A DNA stretch of 64,000 nt from Minisyncoccia bacterium (GTDB lineage: Bacteria > Patescibacteriota > Minisyncoccia > 2-02-FULL-40-12 > IGHO2-01-FULL-4-A): assembly GCA_041499075.1 (NCBI GenBank), contig JBGQJN010000001.1, positions 10,388 to 74,387 of the forward strand, written 5' to 3'. Each line of letters begins with the position of its first letter. Positions within the stretch are counted from its first letter, which is position 1. Positions 47,964 to 59,330 of this stretch are shown piece by piece. The notes under the pieces are model-generated. The model made no database searches. It saw only the letters and a program-made list of their open reading frames with translations, and had not been told where the DNA came from. Made by a program: the position numbers and the translations under genes.

Positions 47964-50900
47964 TTAAAACCCGGGATTAGCAGTACAATAAATAATCTTG
48001 GTTGCCCCGGCCTTGGTTTGATTATAACCTAGCTTAATATCGCTGTCTCCATTGCAAATAGTATGCGCGTTATCATCGTAAAGACACTCCCACTTGCGGA
48101 CATTATTAGTGCCATCACAACTTTTTTCAGGAGGCAGACAATTAGCACTGTCGGCACAGGCACCGGCAGCAGTCCATCCTCCATTATAACCGGCATAAAT
48201 ATTTCTGACTTGAGAACCGCAGGTTCCAGCGGCTATTACATTGATAAAGTTCGCGCCGATGCAGATACTCGCATCGGCATTTATGGGATTAGTTAGCCAA
48301 GCGCGCGTAACCATACATCTATTAAGAATGCTGTCCCAACGGCCTCCGGCAGCAGTACAACTTAGCGAGCTATTTTGAATTGGACAGCCTCGACTATTCT
48401 GGTTGGCGGTGTCAACGTTAAGCTGCATTAAACCGAATGAAGACGGTGGATTGTCAAATGATACCGCACCGACATTACAGGAAGATTCGGCCAATATTAT
48501 CGCTTTCAAAATATTAGCCGTCGCCGCTCCGTTGTTGGTACCATACTTATTAGCAGAAGCGGCATATTGGGCGCTACAGTTGCCGTTACTACATGCTGTT
48601 GATTGGCCCTGACAAAGATTTAAACTGCTAAACATGCAAATTGCTCCCGTTGTTGTTCCCGTTCCTGTCCCTGTGCCTGTTCCAGTTCCTGTCCCAGTAG
48701 TTGTCTGGCTGGGATTAGTACAAATAACCGTGTTCCAGTTTTGCCCAAATAAGCTATTGCCCGCAATAGATTTGAGTACGGAATTGGTGATCATCCATGC
48801 CGCAAAAATTATTATCAGCCCCCAAGTAGTATTTTTAAAAAACGTTTTGCCGGTCCCGACCCAGCCAGGATTGAATCCGCCGAGTAATATCATTGTTCCG
48901 GCGATCAGATACATCAGCACCGCGATTGCCGGCACAAGCGTGAAAAGAACAAAATTAATCACCCGGCTCAATAGAGCCAGGATATCGCATGGTTGGCATG
49001 GCTGAGCTTCAGCGGCAGTATAGCCAGGAATTGGAACAGGATTGCCGCTAGAATCAATGGCTGAATAGTGGCCGCAAGGTACCAATGATGTTTTAGTTCC
49101 CGCCGCGTTGGTAGTCGCACCCGTACCGGTCCCCGTCCCTGTACCTGTACCTGTACCTGTACCCGTGCCTGTCCCCGTACCCGTGGTAGCTGCCTGAGCA
49201 ATATTAGGTCCAAAGGCAATGTCCGCTGCCGCTTTTTGCGCAGGATTACTAGAATCGGTAGCTTCCACGCCAACGCCATTGGCAGGCACAGCGGCTTGGG
49301 CAATATTAATAATATTTCGAGGGAAATTTACGGCTATGGTCCCGGTAATTAACCCATCCGAACTTAAATTGAAACCAGTAGGTAAATTTCCGCGTATTAT
49401 CTTCCAGGTATAGGGTGCAGTTCCATTTTGAACTGTCAGTTGAGCCTGATAACTAGTTGCCTGCGCAACGTTAATGAGCTTAGACGGCGATTTGGGTGTT
49501 GCTAATGATATTGTTCTGCTTGTGTCAGGGATAAATAATGAGTTGCCGGGTATAGACAGGTCGGGCGAAGAAATCTTAAACCTAATGGTCGTCGATTTAT
49601 CAGCATTAGCGCCGACAAGCAACCATTCTACCCAAGAACCATTGAGACTGGCCTCATCGAATCCGGCCCAGCTATTCTCAAGTGACCAGTTGCCACCGCC
49701 ATCTGTGGTCAGCGGGGCAGCAATGCCTAAATCTCCGACCGGCGTACAGCCCAGAGAGCTGCCATTTTGTTCGGCGCATATCTGAAGTGTGGCGTTGGCA
49801 GGTGCACCCGTTAGATTAAGCCGCCAAGAATCTATATTCCAAAATCCGGGATTTCGAAATGGCTTGGTGATATTAGTAATCGTCAACTTAGGACCACAGG
49901 CTGAACCGCCGGTAAGGCCGCAAATGTAGTCACCCGCAGGCGTCAGTGTCGCGCTGGAATCATAGAGTCCGAACTGTCCGCCAGCATCAAGTAGATTCCA
50001 GACGAAAGCGTATTTGACTCCCGAGTCCACGGCCACTTGTGTCACGATTGCCACTTTACTTTCGATATCCTGCCTGCTTCCTTGATCAAAACCGTACTCA
50101 CCGATTACCAGATTGCCGGAATTCTTACCGGCAGAGGAGATAACACTTCTTATCAAACTGAGGTCGTTCCTTAATTGAGTGCCATCGTCGCCATTGTAAA
50201 GTGCGTTAATTGATTCGTAAGATGAATAGGAGTAATAGTCGGCGTTAACTGCCGGTATGACATCGTAGAGAACGCTTAGTAAACCCCGGTCTTTCAAATT
50301 ATGAACAATATTGAATTCCACGGCACTGAAAACATTGGAGGCACCAGATGATTTTATGCCTGCCGTGCGCGCATTGATCCATTTCTCGAAACCAGCCATA
50401 GAGTTCAGGTAGCTCGGGCAACCGGCAGCAGTAGCACCAAATGCCGCACCGCAATAGATGTCGTTATCACCCTCCCAGTTTGAAATGATAAATGTTTTGT
50501 TGGGATAATTGGTGGCCAGATAACTTGCAAAATTAGCATATTCGTTTTGAATACGCTGGGTATTAGCTGCTGTGAAAAAGCTAGGATTGAGATAATTCTT
50601 AGTAACACAATCAGCAAAAGAAACACCGTCATAAGCAGTAATCATAATCACATTAAAGTTTGGGTCGCTCAATAGTGTATTGAAATCCGCCCTCCGCGCT
50701 AAACTTGTAAGGGAAAAATTGCTAATGCAACTCCCGCCACCGTAATCCTTGTCTGATTGCGGACCCATTACTATTCTTACGTTTTTAGGTCCTAAATCCT
50801 GCAATAGCATATCACCAGCCTGCAGCATGCCACTAGGCTGATTGCTTATTCTGCCGGCCCAAAAATATGCCCCGACATTATTGGCAGTAAGGGCTAAGGA

Positions 50901-50978
50901 GTGTGTTATGCCAACAGAAAAGACTCCAACAACAATTAGGAGGGTAACCGCTAAGATTTTAGATGCATTATTATTCAA
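47964..50978 (-). CDS. Large multidomain surface protein: glycoside hydrolase-like, Ig-like, pilin-like and SLT lytic transglycosylase domains
   Basis: NWEGDN/IGEYG catalytic-like motifs; GTAPYTW..LPTG..L.SDG.ITG Ig motif; two-TM pilin block; AIILAESS...GLMQL...AGYNGG SLT motif. Confidence 0.72.
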   Translation of the reverse strand: MNNNASKILAVTLLIVVGVFSVGITHSLALTANNVGAYFWAGRISNQPSGMLQAGDMLLQDLGPKNVRIVMGPQSDKDYGGGSCISNFSLTSLARRADFNTLLSDPNFNVIMITAYDGVSFADCVTKNYLNPSFFTAANTQRIQNEYANFASYLATNYPNKTFIISNWEGDNDIYCGAAFGATAAGCPSYLNSMAGFEKWINARTAGIKSSGASNVFSAVEFNIVHNLKDRGLLSVLYDVIPAVNADYYSYSSYESINALYNGDDGTQLRNDLSLIRSVISSAGKNSGNLVIGEYGFDQGSRQDIESKVAIVTQVAVDSGVKYAFVWNLLDAGGQFGLYDSSATLTPAGDYICGLTGGSACGPKLTITNITKPFRNPGFWNIDSWRLNLTGAPANATLQICAEQNGSSLGCTPVGDLGIAAPLTTDGGGNWSLENSWAGFDEASLNGSWVEWLLVGANADKSTTIRFKISSPDLSIPGNSLFIPDTSRTISLATPKSPSKLINVAQATSYQAQLTVQNGTAPYTWKIIRGNLPTGFNLSSDGLITGTIAVNFPRNIINIAQAAVPANGVGVEATDSSNPAQKAAADIAFGPNIAQAATTGTGTGTGTGTGTGTGTGTGTGATTNAAGTKTSLVPCGHYSAIDSSGNPVPIPGYTAAEAQPCQPCDILALLSRVINFVLFTLVPAIAVLMYLIAGTMILLGGFNPGWVGTGKTFFKNTTWGLIIIFAAWMITNSVLKSIAGNSLFGQNWNTVICTNPSQTTTGTGTGTGTGTGTGTTTGAICMFSSLNLCQGQSTACSNGNCSAQYAASANKYGTNNGAATANILKAIILAESSCNVGAVSFDNPPSSFGLMQLNVDTANQNSRGCPIQNSSLSCTAAGGRWDSILNRCMVTRAWLTNPINADASICIGANFINVIAAGTCGSQVRNIYAGYNGGWTAAGACADSANCLPPEKSCDGTNNVRKWECLYDDNAHTICNGDSDIKLGYNQTKAGATKIIYCTANPGF

Positions 50979-52309
50979 GGGCCGTTTTGACTGCGTTGCA
51001 TTAAAACATTAACTTTATTTTGAGCGGAATCGAGAGCATCGCGGGCACTGGCGCGCCCAAAATTAACGTCATCTATCATGTTGGCAAATATGGTTTCGAT
51101 GGCAGAACTGTTAACTTGGTACCAGCATTTAGCCGAAAGGGCTTGCTCGGCAAAGACACCGATATCCGGCTGGCCCTTTTCTTGCTCAATCAGATCACGC
51201 CTGGCTGACGGGCGGCCGGAAGCCGTAAGATACAAGCCCGCACCTTTGGCCGAACTAAGGTAAACTAAAAATTTCCAGGCGGCAACCGCGTTTTTGGATT
51301 GTTTAGAAACTGTTGGCGCCCAATAATTTGCATAATTGACGGCAACTTGTGAACCGGCTATCTGCGGCATTGGCGCAATTCCGAAATTAAATCTTGCCGA
51401 TTTGGAACGGATTGTCGTAATCTCATGGGAATAATTGAACATCATTGCCGCATTGCCTCCGGCAAAGGCGTCAATTGAATATTGCTGTTGGTCGTTCCAG
51501 GTGTAAACCTGCTTGGTTGAGTTGGCAAAATCAGTGTAATACTGCAAAGCCGTTTCACCGACATTCTGGCCGCCTACTGAAAGCGCGAAAGCAGCGCTCC
51601 TGTGGCTATCGTCAGTCATTTTAACACCGCTTTGCATCATCAGAAGTCCCAGGATATCAGTCGAACGATTAATATTACTTGCTGTGCCAATAGCCGCTCC
51701 GGCTCTGACAATATTGCCGTGAGAATCAAGAACGGTGAGTTTTTTGACGTCATCATTAAATTCATCCCACGTCTTGGGCGGCTGAGCTATACCGGCAGTG
51801 TTAAAAAGATCTTTATTGTAGTAAAGCGCCATGCTGTCCATGTAAATCGGCAGGGCGTAGATTTGACTGTTTTGAGTCAAATCATTAAGCGCGCCGTCAA
51901 CAAACTGATCTTGGAATTGCTTAATCGTAAAGATGGACACTTTCGCGCCGCTAAGAACTTGCTGAGGCAAAGGCTGAATCTCGGCGATATGCTTGGGCAA
52001 CCAAGTGTTGTGCATCAGCCAGATATCCGGACCAGTACCGGCGGCAAAAGAATTTATCAGCTGACTTTCATAATCGGCGAAATTGAACTGCCTATAAGCA
52101 ATTCTGATACTGGGATTCGTCTTCTGGAAGTCAGTAATTGCGCTATTATAAAAACTAACATCATCATAAACACCCCAGAATTGTAAAGTTACGGACTGCG
52201 GCGCCGGCGGCGCGCCAAGACCTCCGAAAAAAAAGACCAAAATCAAAAGCAGGATCAGCACCACAAGGCCAGCGAGAGAACCGATTATGATTAGTTTAGT
52301 TTGGGACAT
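50975..52309 (-). CDS. Extracellular solute-binding protein (family 1)
   Basis: GPDI, IYALP, LYYNKDLF, PKTWDEF and AAWKFL motifs. Confidence 0.9.
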   Translation of the reverse strand: MSQTKLIIIGSLAGLVVLILLLILVFFFGGLGAPPAPQSVTLQFWGVYDDVSFYNSAITDFQKTNPSIRIAYRQFNFADYESQLINSFAAGTGPDIWLMHNTWLPKHIAEIQPLPQQVLSGAKVSIFTIKQFQDQFVDGALNDLTQNSQIYALPIYMDSMALYYNKDLFNTAGIAQPPKTWDEFNDDVKKLTVLDSHGNIVRAGAAIGTASNINRSTDILGLLMMQSGVKMTDDSHRSAAFALSVGGQNVGETALQYYTDFANSTKQVYTWNDQQQYSIDAFAGGNAAMMFNYSHEITTIRSKSARFNFGIAPMPQIAGSQVAVNYANYWAPTVSKQSKNAVAAWKFLVYLSSAKGAGLYLTASGRPSARRDLIEQEKGQPDIGVFAEQALSAKCWYQVNSSAIETIFANMIDDVNFGRASARDALDSAQNKVNVLMQRSQNGP

Positions 52310-52334
52310 TAAAATTCAACTGCAGATCTACAGT

Positions 52335-52955
52335 TTAGATTTTCTTGAAAGTCATACCATAGTGAAATAGGCCGGCATCAATATCGCTTATATGTCCGAA
52401 GCCATGATTGAGAATCATCTGCCTCATCTCTTCTTGGTCGGTCCGAAGATCGTCCGGCGGGCCAAAACCGCCTGTACCCTTGCGCCAATCTATGACAACA
52501 ATGATCCCGCCGGGCTTGAGCACGCGCTTAGACTCGTCGATGATAGAAGGCTTATTTTTGTTCTGGAAAAGTATATTGGCCAGGATCGCCATATCCTGCG
52601 ACTCATTGGAAAGTCCGGAACTGCCGAGAACCTCAAGATTAGATCTAACCGTTTCAATGTTGCTCAAACCTTCCATCTTGGCTTTGGCGCGCAAAGTATC
52701 CAGGGCGTTATTCATGACATCCACCGCCGTGACAACGCCGCTATCACCAAGCATTTTAGCAATAATAATAGCAAAAAATCCCGCACCAGAACCGAAGTCA
52801 GCAATACGCATACCTTCGGTTACACCAAAACCGGCCGCTACCTTTTGCGGATCTATAAACCCCCCGCTTCCAGGTACGTGTTGAGCAGGAGTAAAACCAG
52901 TTGTGTTCAACTGCATTTCTATACTTCTAATTTTAGCACTGCTAGCTTTCAACAA
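52335..52955 (-). CDS. Class I SAM methyltransferase
   Basis: ADFGSGAG and RVLKPGG..VVIDW motifs. Confidence 0.88.
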   Translation of the reverse strand: MLKASSAKIRSIEMQLNTTGFTPAQHVPGSGGFIDPQKVAAGFGVTEGMRIADFGSGAGFFAIIIAKMLGDSGVVTAVDVMNNALDTLRAKAKMEGLSNIETVRSNLEVLGSSGLSNESQDMAILANILFQNKNKPSIIDESKRVLKPGGIIVVIDWRKGTGGFGPPDDLRTDQEEMRQMILNHGFGHISDIDAGLFHYGMTFKKI

Positions 52956-52996
52956 AAAGCCGCGTTGTTCACAACGTGGCTTTTCTAAATCTTAAT

Positions 52997-55438
52997 TTAA
53001 ACTACCACTACCGATGCGACGGCGTCGCCGGTATCAAGTTTCATGATACGCACACCCTGGGTGGCGCGGCTTAATACGGAGATACTGCCAAGTTCTGTCC
53101 TGATTACTACGCCCTTGCCCGAAACAGCGATAATTTCTTTGTCCTCCTCGCTTGTCACGTGTGCTGATACTATATCTCCGGTCTTGGCCGTAATCTTGGC
53201 GGTTAAGATACCTTTGCCGCCGCGTCGCTGCAGACGATACGAGTTGACGTCCGTCCGCTTACCATAGCCATGCGCCATGACTACAAGCAATTCCAAACCT
53301 TTCTGCTGGTTAGTATTCGCCGGAATGACATCAGCACCGACAATCTTGGCACCGGCATCAAGGCGCATGCCGATCACGCCGCCAGCACCGCGGCCCATAG
53401 GCCTGACATCTTTTTCTTTAAAACGCACGGCTGAACCGTCGGACGTCACCAACATGATTTCGTCAGAGCCGGAACTGGTCCTGACCCACTTGAGTTCGTC
53501 ATCTTTTTTAAGCTTTATCGCCACCATGCCCGAGCGACGCACTTGAGAAAATTCATCAATGGCAACTTTCTTGATGATGCCGTTAGCCGTGACCATAACC
53601 AGATACTTATCCTTGAGTTCTTTAGATATCGGGATGATTGCCGTAATCAAGTCACTTGGCGAGGTATTGAGGAAGTTAACTATGGCTTTGCCTTTGGTCT
53701 GACGCGATGTTTCCGGCACCTCGTAACCTTTAGTATTGTAAATTTTACCGGAGTTAGTGAAAAACATCAGGCTGTCATGCGTATTGGCAACGAAAAAATG
53801 CCTGACTGCGTCTTCTTCTTTGGTAGCCATGCCGACCAAACCTTTGCCGCCTCTTTTTTGCGAACGCAAAGTATCCGGCGGAATGCGCTTGATATAGCCG
53901 CCGTAAGTCATCATAAAAAGCGATTCTTCGTCAGGTATAAGCTCTTCTTCTCCGATTTCCTTAAGCGCCGATTTAATAATATTCGTCCTGCGCTGGTCGC
54001 TGTATTTAGTCTTGATCTCGTGGAACTCATCCTTGACTATGCCCAGGACTTTTTTAGGATGCGCCAGTAAATCTTCAAGGGAAGTAATCAATATCTTTTT
54101 TTCTTTGAGTTCATCTTCAACCTTTTTACGCTCAAGTCCGGCAAGCGCCTGTAAACGCATCTCTAGAATTGCCGCCGATTGTTTGTCTGAAAATTTGAAA
54201 GTTTTAATTAGATTCCGGAAGGCCTCTTCCTTGGATTCTGATTTCTTAATGAGTTTAATGATCTCATCAATATGATCAAGTGCTTTTTTAAGCCCTTCCA
54301 ATATATGCGCCCGCTCCTGCGCCTTGTGCAGGTCATACTGGCTGCGCCTGCGGACTATAATCTGGCGATGTTCAATAAATTTACCAAGCATACTTTTGAG
54401 ATCCAAAATCTGCGGCTGTATGCCGTCAACCAGGGCAAGAATGTTAACATGGAAAGATTTCTGTAGTTCGGTGTACTTGAAAAGCTGGTTTAAAACTTTG
54501 CGCGGATAGGCATCCTGCTTGAGATCTATGGCTATACGCAGGCCTTCTCTGTCTGATTCGTCGCGTATATCCTTGATACCGTCTACTTTTTTCTCTTTAA
54601 CCAGGTCGGCAATTTTTATGATTAATTCCGCTTTATTAACCTGGTAAGGAATTTCCGTAACAATTATCTGGAATCCTCTTTTTTCGGATTCTACTATTTC
54701 AGTCTTAGCACGCATAATAATCGGTCCTTTGCCCGTTGCGTAGGCATTCAAAATATCACGCTCGTTATAGATCGTGCCGCCAGTCGGAAAATCCGGACCT
54801 TTGACGAATTGCATAAGATCACTGACATCAGAATCTGGATTATCAATCAAGTGGATAAGCCCGTCTAAAACTTCGCCTAGATTGTGAGGCGGGATGTTGG
54901 TCGCCATACCGACGGCAATACCCATTGAGCCGTTAATGAGCAGATTAGGAACTCGTGTCGGTAAGATTGTCGGCTCCTGTGCCGTACCGTCAAAATTATC
55001 CCTGAAATCCACGGTCTCCTTATCAATATCGGCAAGAAGATATTCCGATATCGGAGCAAGCTTAGCTTCGGTGTACCTGTATGCCGCGGCACGATCGCCG
55101 TCAACACTGCCGAAGTTGCCTTGGCCGTCAACCAAGGGATAACGCAGAGAAAAATCTTGCGCCATGCGAACCATGGAATCGTAAGCGGCAGAATCACCAT
55201 GGGGATGGTACCGGCCAAGCACATAACCGACTACTGTGGCTGATTTGCGGTATTTTGCCTGTGGCCGCAGTCCCATTTCGTGCATAGAATACAAAATCCT
55301 CCGGTGAACCGGCTTGAGTCCGTCTCGCACGTCAGGCAGGGCTCGGTCAACGATCACGCTCATTGCGTAATCAAGGAACGACTCCTGCATCTCCTGCACG
55401 ATTTCCCGAGGTTTGATTGTACCAGCTAAAACAGCCAT
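52997..55438 (-). CDS. gyrA: DNA gyrase subunit A
   Basis: [14 protein letters not shown] and GyrA-box QKRGGKG. Confidence 0.98.
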   Translation of the reverse strand: MAVLAGTIKPREIVQEMQESFLDYAMSVIVDRALPDVRDGLKPVHRRILYSMHEMGLRPQAKYRKSATVVGYVLGRYHPHGDSAAYDSMVRMAQDFSLRYPLVDGQGNFGSVDGDRAAAYRYTEAKLAPISEYLLADIDKETVDFRDNFDGTAQEPTILPTRVPNLLINGSMGIAVGMATNIPPHNLGEVLDGLIHLIDNPDSDVSDLMQFVKGPDFPTGGTIYNERDILNAYATGKGPIIMRAKTEIVESEKRGFQIIVTEIPYQVNKAELIIKIADLVKEKKVDGIKDIRDESDREGLRIAIDLKQDAYPRKVLNQLFKYTELQKSFHVNILALVDGIQPQILDLKSMLGKFIEHRQIIVRRRSQYDLHKAQERAHILEGLKKALDHIDEIIKLIKKSESKEEAFRNLIKTFKFSDKQSAAILEMRLQALAGLERKKVEDELKEKKILITSLEDLLAHPKKVLGIVKDEFHEIKTKYSDQRRTNIIKSALKEIGEEELIPDEESLFMMTYGGYIKRIPPDTLRSQKRGGKGLVGMATKEEDAVRHFFVANTHDSLMFFTNSGKIYNTKGYEVPETSRQTKGKAIVNFLNTSPSDLITAIIPISKELKDKYLVMVTANGIIKKVAIDEFSQVRRSGMVAIKLKKDDELKWVRTSSGSDEIMLVTSDGSAVRFKEKDVRPMGRGAGGVIGMRLDAGAKIVGADVIPANTNQQKGLELLVVMAHGYGKRTDVNSYRLQRRGGKGILTAKITAKTGDIVSAHVTSEEDKEIIAVSGKGVVIRTELGSISVLSRATQGVRIMKLDTGDAVASVVVV

Positions 55439-55516
55439 TAAAAAAAGTTATAAGCTATAGGCCTTAAGCCATGTTAAGTGGCTTGTTGCCTACAGCTTAT
55501 AGCTTATGGTCCATAG

Positions 55517-55873
55517 TTAATCTGATAAAGGTAATTTTTTCGGCGGCACTATTTCTGTTTGGGTGTTTTGCCCATTATTGATGTCTAAACTTGCCGGTTT
55601 ACCACTAATAAGTTCTGAAATGTTCGCCTGTAGATCCTTGAACGAATTGAAAATCGTAGCAAATGGTGATGGCTGTTTTGGTTTATTACTGTCGGCCAGC
55701 GCCTGGTCTTGGGCGGTTTCAGGATGCAGTAAGGCCACAAACTGCTTGCTAGTTGAACGGAACCAAACAAAACCGATCACCGAAAAACAAATCACGACCA
55801 TGAGCCACATGAAAACATGGCGGATATGTTCTGGCTGTTGTCGGATTTCTTCAAGTAAGCTTTTCATAAACAA
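55517..55873 (-). CDS. Hypothetical single-TM protein
   Basis: One hydrophobic helix near the N-terminus. Confidence 0.65.
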   Translation of the reverse strand: MFMKSLLEEIRQQPEHIRHVFMWLMVVICFSVIGFVWFRSTSKQFVALLHPETAQDQALADSNKPKQPSPFATIFNSFKDLQANISELISGKPASLDINNGQNTQTEIVPPKKLPLSD

Positions 55874-55875
55874 AT

Positions 55876-56511
55876 TTACATTTTAAACATTACCAATTTG
55901 ATTTCCTCCGTTGGCAGATTTTTTGCCGCGATCTTGAAAATGTCTACTTCTTCCGGCTTAAGCCCAATCTCTTTCAAAAATTTCTGCGGGCTATCAATAT
56001 CTACATTGAGTCCAGTGACTTTGTAATGCATTGGAATGATTATTTTGGGCTCTATTTGTTTCACTATCTCCGCCGCCTCCTTGCCGTCAATGGTATATTT
56101 GCCACCCACGGGAATAAACAAAATATCTATATCGCCGATCGCTTCAACTTGTTCGTCGGTCAGCTTGGCCTGGCCGAAGTCCCCCATGTGGCACAGTCTC
56201 ATATCTTCCATCCTGATTACGTAAATCGTATTCAGGCCGCGTTCGGTGCCTTGCATGTTATCATGATACGACATAATGCCTTCGACATAAACCCCCGACT
56301 TTTCATATTCGCCAGGTCCGCGTACGACAAATGCCTCTGGCGGTACGCCCTCCACATTATTATGGTCATAGTGCTCGTGGCTGACAAGAAAGACATTGTC
56401 ATTCAGGCGCGGTACGCGCAGGCCAATATCCTTGGAAAATGGGTCTATTAGGACACTTACTCCCTTGGATTCCAGACGAAAACACGATTGTCCGTACCAA
56501 CTGATGGTCAT
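55876..56511 (-). CDS. MBL-fold metallohydrolase
   Basis: GQSCF, SHEHYDH, HMGD and IPMHY motifs. Confidence 0.9.
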   Translation of the reverse strand: MTISWYGQSCFRLESKGVSVLIDPFSKDIGLRVPRLNDNVFLVSHEHYDHNNVEGVPPEAFVVRGPGEYEKSGVYVEGIMSYHDNMQGTERGLNTIYVIRMEDMRLCHMGDFGQAKLTDEQVEAIGDIDILFIPVGGKYTIDGKEAAEIVKQIEPKIIIPMHYKVTGLNVDIDSPQKFLKEIGLKPEEVDIFKIAAKNLPTEEIKLVMFKM

Positions 56512-56595
56512 ACACTAATTATAGCAAAATAATGACGACCTATCAACTACCTGGGAAGCATTGCGTTTTTTATTTTTTATGCTAAAATCAGATTA

Positions 56596-56844
56596 ATGAA
56601 AGCTAGTATACATCCACAATATTATGAGGCGACAGTACACTGCGCCTGCGGCAATAAATGGAAAACCGGCTCAACTATGCCGGAAATTAGCGTGGAAATA
56701 TGCAGTAACTGCCATCCATTTTACACCGGCAAAGAGAAGCTTTTGGATGCTCGCGGCCGGGTAGATAAGTTCAAAAAACGTATGAGCAAGTCCGAAGAAA
56801 TCATAAAAACCAAGGCTGCCAAGAAACCCCGCACCAAAAAGTAA
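56596..56844 (+). CDS. rpmE: 50S ribosomal protein L31
   Basis: IHP.Y, CACG and [10 protein letters not shown] motifs. Confidence 0.97.
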   Translation: MKASIHPQYYEATVHCACGNKWKTGSTMPEISVEICSNCHPFYTGKEKLLDARGRVDKFKKRMSKSEEIIKTKAAKKPRTKK

Positions 56845-56921
56845 TTGACGAGCACTTCGCCAGCTCAGCATAAACTCCGGCGAGGAAGTACTGAGGCTAG
56901 CAGGCCGAACGTGCCGCTCGC
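56845..56921 (+). repeat. REP-like repeat family C
   Basis: ttgacgagcacttcgccagctcagcataaactccggcgaggaagtactgaggctagcaggccgaacgtgccgctcgc. Confidence 0.8.
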
Positions 56922-56929
56922 TTATCCGA

Positions 56930-57820
56930 ATGCCGACTACCGAAGAACTAAAAAAAGAACTTGAAGAGATCCAAAAACAACTCGCTGATGCCGAGTTTGT
57001 TTTAGATTACAAACGAGTGGTTGAAGCATCTAAACGCTATGCTGAGATCGAACGACTGCTCTCTGGCGGCCCTTCGACAAGCTCAGGGCAAGTCCGGTCA
57101 GAGGTTATTGTAGAAATCCGCGCCGGTACCGGCGGTGAGGAGGCGGCACTTTTTGCCAACACTCTTTTTGAAATGTACAAAAAATACGCCATACTCCAAG
57201 GCTGGCGGTTGGATGTGCTTGATTACAGCCGCACTACAATCGGCGGTTACAAAAATATTACTTTTGAAACTTCCGGCAAAGATGCTGGCACAAAAATGCT
57301 ATATGAATCAGGCGTGCATCGCGTTCAGCGTATTCCCGAGACGGAAAAAAGCGGCCGGGTACATACCTCAACGGTCACCGTGGCAGTCCTGCCCAAGGCT
57401 AAAGAAAGTGAGATTGAGATAAAACCTGATGATATTGAGATGTCCGCTTACCGTTCCGGCGGTCCGGGCGGTCAAAATGTTAACAAGGTATCCACCGCCG
57501 TCAGAATTCTGCACAAGCCGTCAGGCATCGTTGTCAGCTCGCAAGAGGAACGCTCGCAGGCGCGCAATAAGGAGCGGGCCCTTGATATTCTGCGTGCAAA
57601 GTTGTTAGATATCAAAAGAAGCCGTGAAGTCGGTGTTGTCACCGAAGAACGGCGCAAACAAATAGGTTCGGCCGAGAGAGCAGAAAAGATCCGGACTTAC
57701 AACTTCCCCCAAGACCGCATCACCGACCACCGCATCAAAAAAAGCTGGGGTAACATAGAAAAAATACTTAACGGCTACCTGGAACCAATAACTGAAGAAT
57801 TAAGCAAACAACTAAAATGA
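56930..57820 (+). CDS. prfA: Peptide chain release factor 1 (shortened N-terminal domain)
   Basis: [11 protein letters not shown] (PxT) motif, GGQ and RTYNFPQ. Confidence 0.93.
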   Translation: MPTTEELKKELEEIQKQLADAEFVLDYKRVVEASKRYAEIERLLSGGPSTSSGQVRSEVIVEIRAGTGGEEAALFANTLFEMYKKYAILQGWRLDVLDYSRTTIGGYKNITFETSGKDAGTKMLYESGVHRVQRIPETEKSGRVHTSTVTVAVLPKAKESEIEIKPDDIEMSAYRSGGPGGQNVNKVSTAVRILHKPSGIVVSSQEERSQARNKERALDILRAKLLDIKRSREVGVVTEERRKQIGSAERAEKIRTYNFPQDRITDHRIKKSWGNIEKILNGYLEPITEELSKQLK

Positions 57821-58332
57821 CAGAGTATCAACCGGAATTAATGACTCCGCCAGACAATAAATACCCGGGTAGCGGGCCGGTCTTTGAAGCCGGACCAGGC
57901 TGGGGCAAAAAGCTAAATGAGTGGTTTAAGAAAAATTTTGCTAAATGGATTCTACCGGTAGTGGGAGCTGTGATCATAGCTGCCATCATATTAAATCTTT
58001 ACAAAAATAATCCCGGGGCAACGGCGACGCCAACTGTTGCCAATACCAACTTGATCTCACAGCCGGTGCAAAAGGGTGACAGCCGCACACTTGTAGCACG
58101 CCATGCTTTGGCCCAATATCTACAGATGAATCCTGATCAATCCCTTACAAACGGCCAGAAACTATTCATAGAAGAAGTACTTAGACGCAAAATAGATGCC
58201 AAACCCCTGGCTGTCGGCACAACAATTGAATTCAGCGTATCTGACATCGAATCTGCTATTTCCCAGGCCAAGCAACTCGCCCCCTCCACTCTTGCTAAAT
58301 GGGAAATCTACGCCAAAAACGTTAGGTTTTAG
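57817..58332 (+). CDS. Hypothetical single-TM protein
   Basis: TM helix followed by a VQKGDS LysM-like start. Confidence 0.65.
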   Translation: MTEYQPELMTPPDNKYPGSGPVFEAGPGWGKKLNEWFKKNFAKWILPVVGAVIIAAIILNLYKNNPGATATPTVANTNLISQPVQKGDSRTLVARHALAQYLQMNPDQSLTNGQKLFIEEVLRRKIDAKPLAVGTTIEFSVSDIESAISQAKQLAPSTLAKWEIYAKNVRF

Positions 58333-58526
58333 TTGTAATCAAAAATTAAAAACTAGCTTAGCAAAAACTTTTTAGTACGGTTGCGCACGTGCGTTTTGCT
58401 GGCCCTTCGGGACAGGCGCAAAACACACGTGCCTCCACCTACTGGAACATCCTTTGATTGGTAATTAGGCAAGTTAAAAAAACCACCGACTGGTGTCGGT
58501 TTGTGGTTTTTAATTTTTGATTACAA
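58333..58526 (+). repeat. Structured repeat family B, copy 2
   Basis: Perfect 21-bp terminal inverted repeat ttgtaatcaaaaattaaaaac; central cUUCGg hairpin. Confidence 0.88.
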
Positions 58527-58535
58527 TGAAACAGG

Positions 58536-58696
58536 AGCGAGGCTGGGTAGTGCTTTGTGGGTATTCCAGCGAGCAGATTGCTTGGTTAATTTTTGATACA
58601 ATTTTTCCTCATCAAAAATTAAATCTGTGAGATGAAATAGCGGAGCCGCCGCTGGAGCGGCGGAGCGTACCAAAAAAGCACTACCCTGCCGAGCGC
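58536..58696 (+). repeat. Structured repeat family A, copy 3 (diverged)
   Basis: Shares gaaatagYggag..gccgctggagc and the terminal taccctgccga with copies 1-2; stems differ in sequence but still pair. Confidence 0.8.
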
Positions 58697-58726
58697 TACT
58701 TTTTATTTCTGCACAAATGGCGGCAA

Positions 58727-59326
58727 CTACTGATGCGTTATGAAGGCAAAATCCATTTTTTCTACAAAATAATTGCGAAAGTTTTTAGGCAAGGAGTTTA
58801 GTACGTCAGGTACTGTCCACGGCCGTTTTGCTATATGGTCACGAATTACTTTGGGATCAGAATACAGCTCCCCCAAATCTACCAGAATGATGTTGCCGTC
58901 GGCGCTTGTAGCAAAGTTATCCGTAATAAGAAAATTCCTATCAATGAGCGAATGTCCGATCAGGGTTTTATTAAATTCAACAAAAGCGTCAATAATTTTT
59001 TTAGCTTCTTCTAACGTCGCGGACTTCAAGCATCTACGCAATGGAGTGACTTTATCCTGTTCGTAATCAAGTTCATTGAGAACCCTAGGGTTACCGAGTA
59101 CCCGACCCTCTAGCGTGGTATGCAGGATTTTTTGTATTGATCCGGCAGCTTCTTGCCGGCATCTTTTATAGTATTTATGAAATTTCCAAAAAGGATGCCT
59201 GACGTAAGGAAAACTGTCATGTAACATCATGAGATAAGCAGTAAAACGAGTGTTGAATTTCTTTAACACTCTAGCGTTACCTATGTCATAAGTTGTATAC
59301 TGCCACCCCCTGCCAATTACTTTCAT
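58727..59326 (-). CDS. Hypothetical protein with kinase-like motifs
   Basis: IGRG, VLKK, D....DNF and LVDLG motifs; start taken at MKVIGRG. Confidence 0.55.
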   Translation of the reverse strand: MKVIGRGWQYTTYDIGNARVLKKFNTRFTAYLMMLHDSFPYVRHPFWKFHKYYKRCRQEAAGSIQKILHTTLEGRVLGNPRVLNELDYEQDKVTPLRRCLKSATLEEAKKIIDAFVEFNKTLIGHSLIDRNFLITDNFATSADGNIILVDLGELYSDPKVIRDHIAKRPWTVPDVLNSLPKNFRNYFVEKMDFAFITHQ

Positions 59327-59330
59327 ATCT

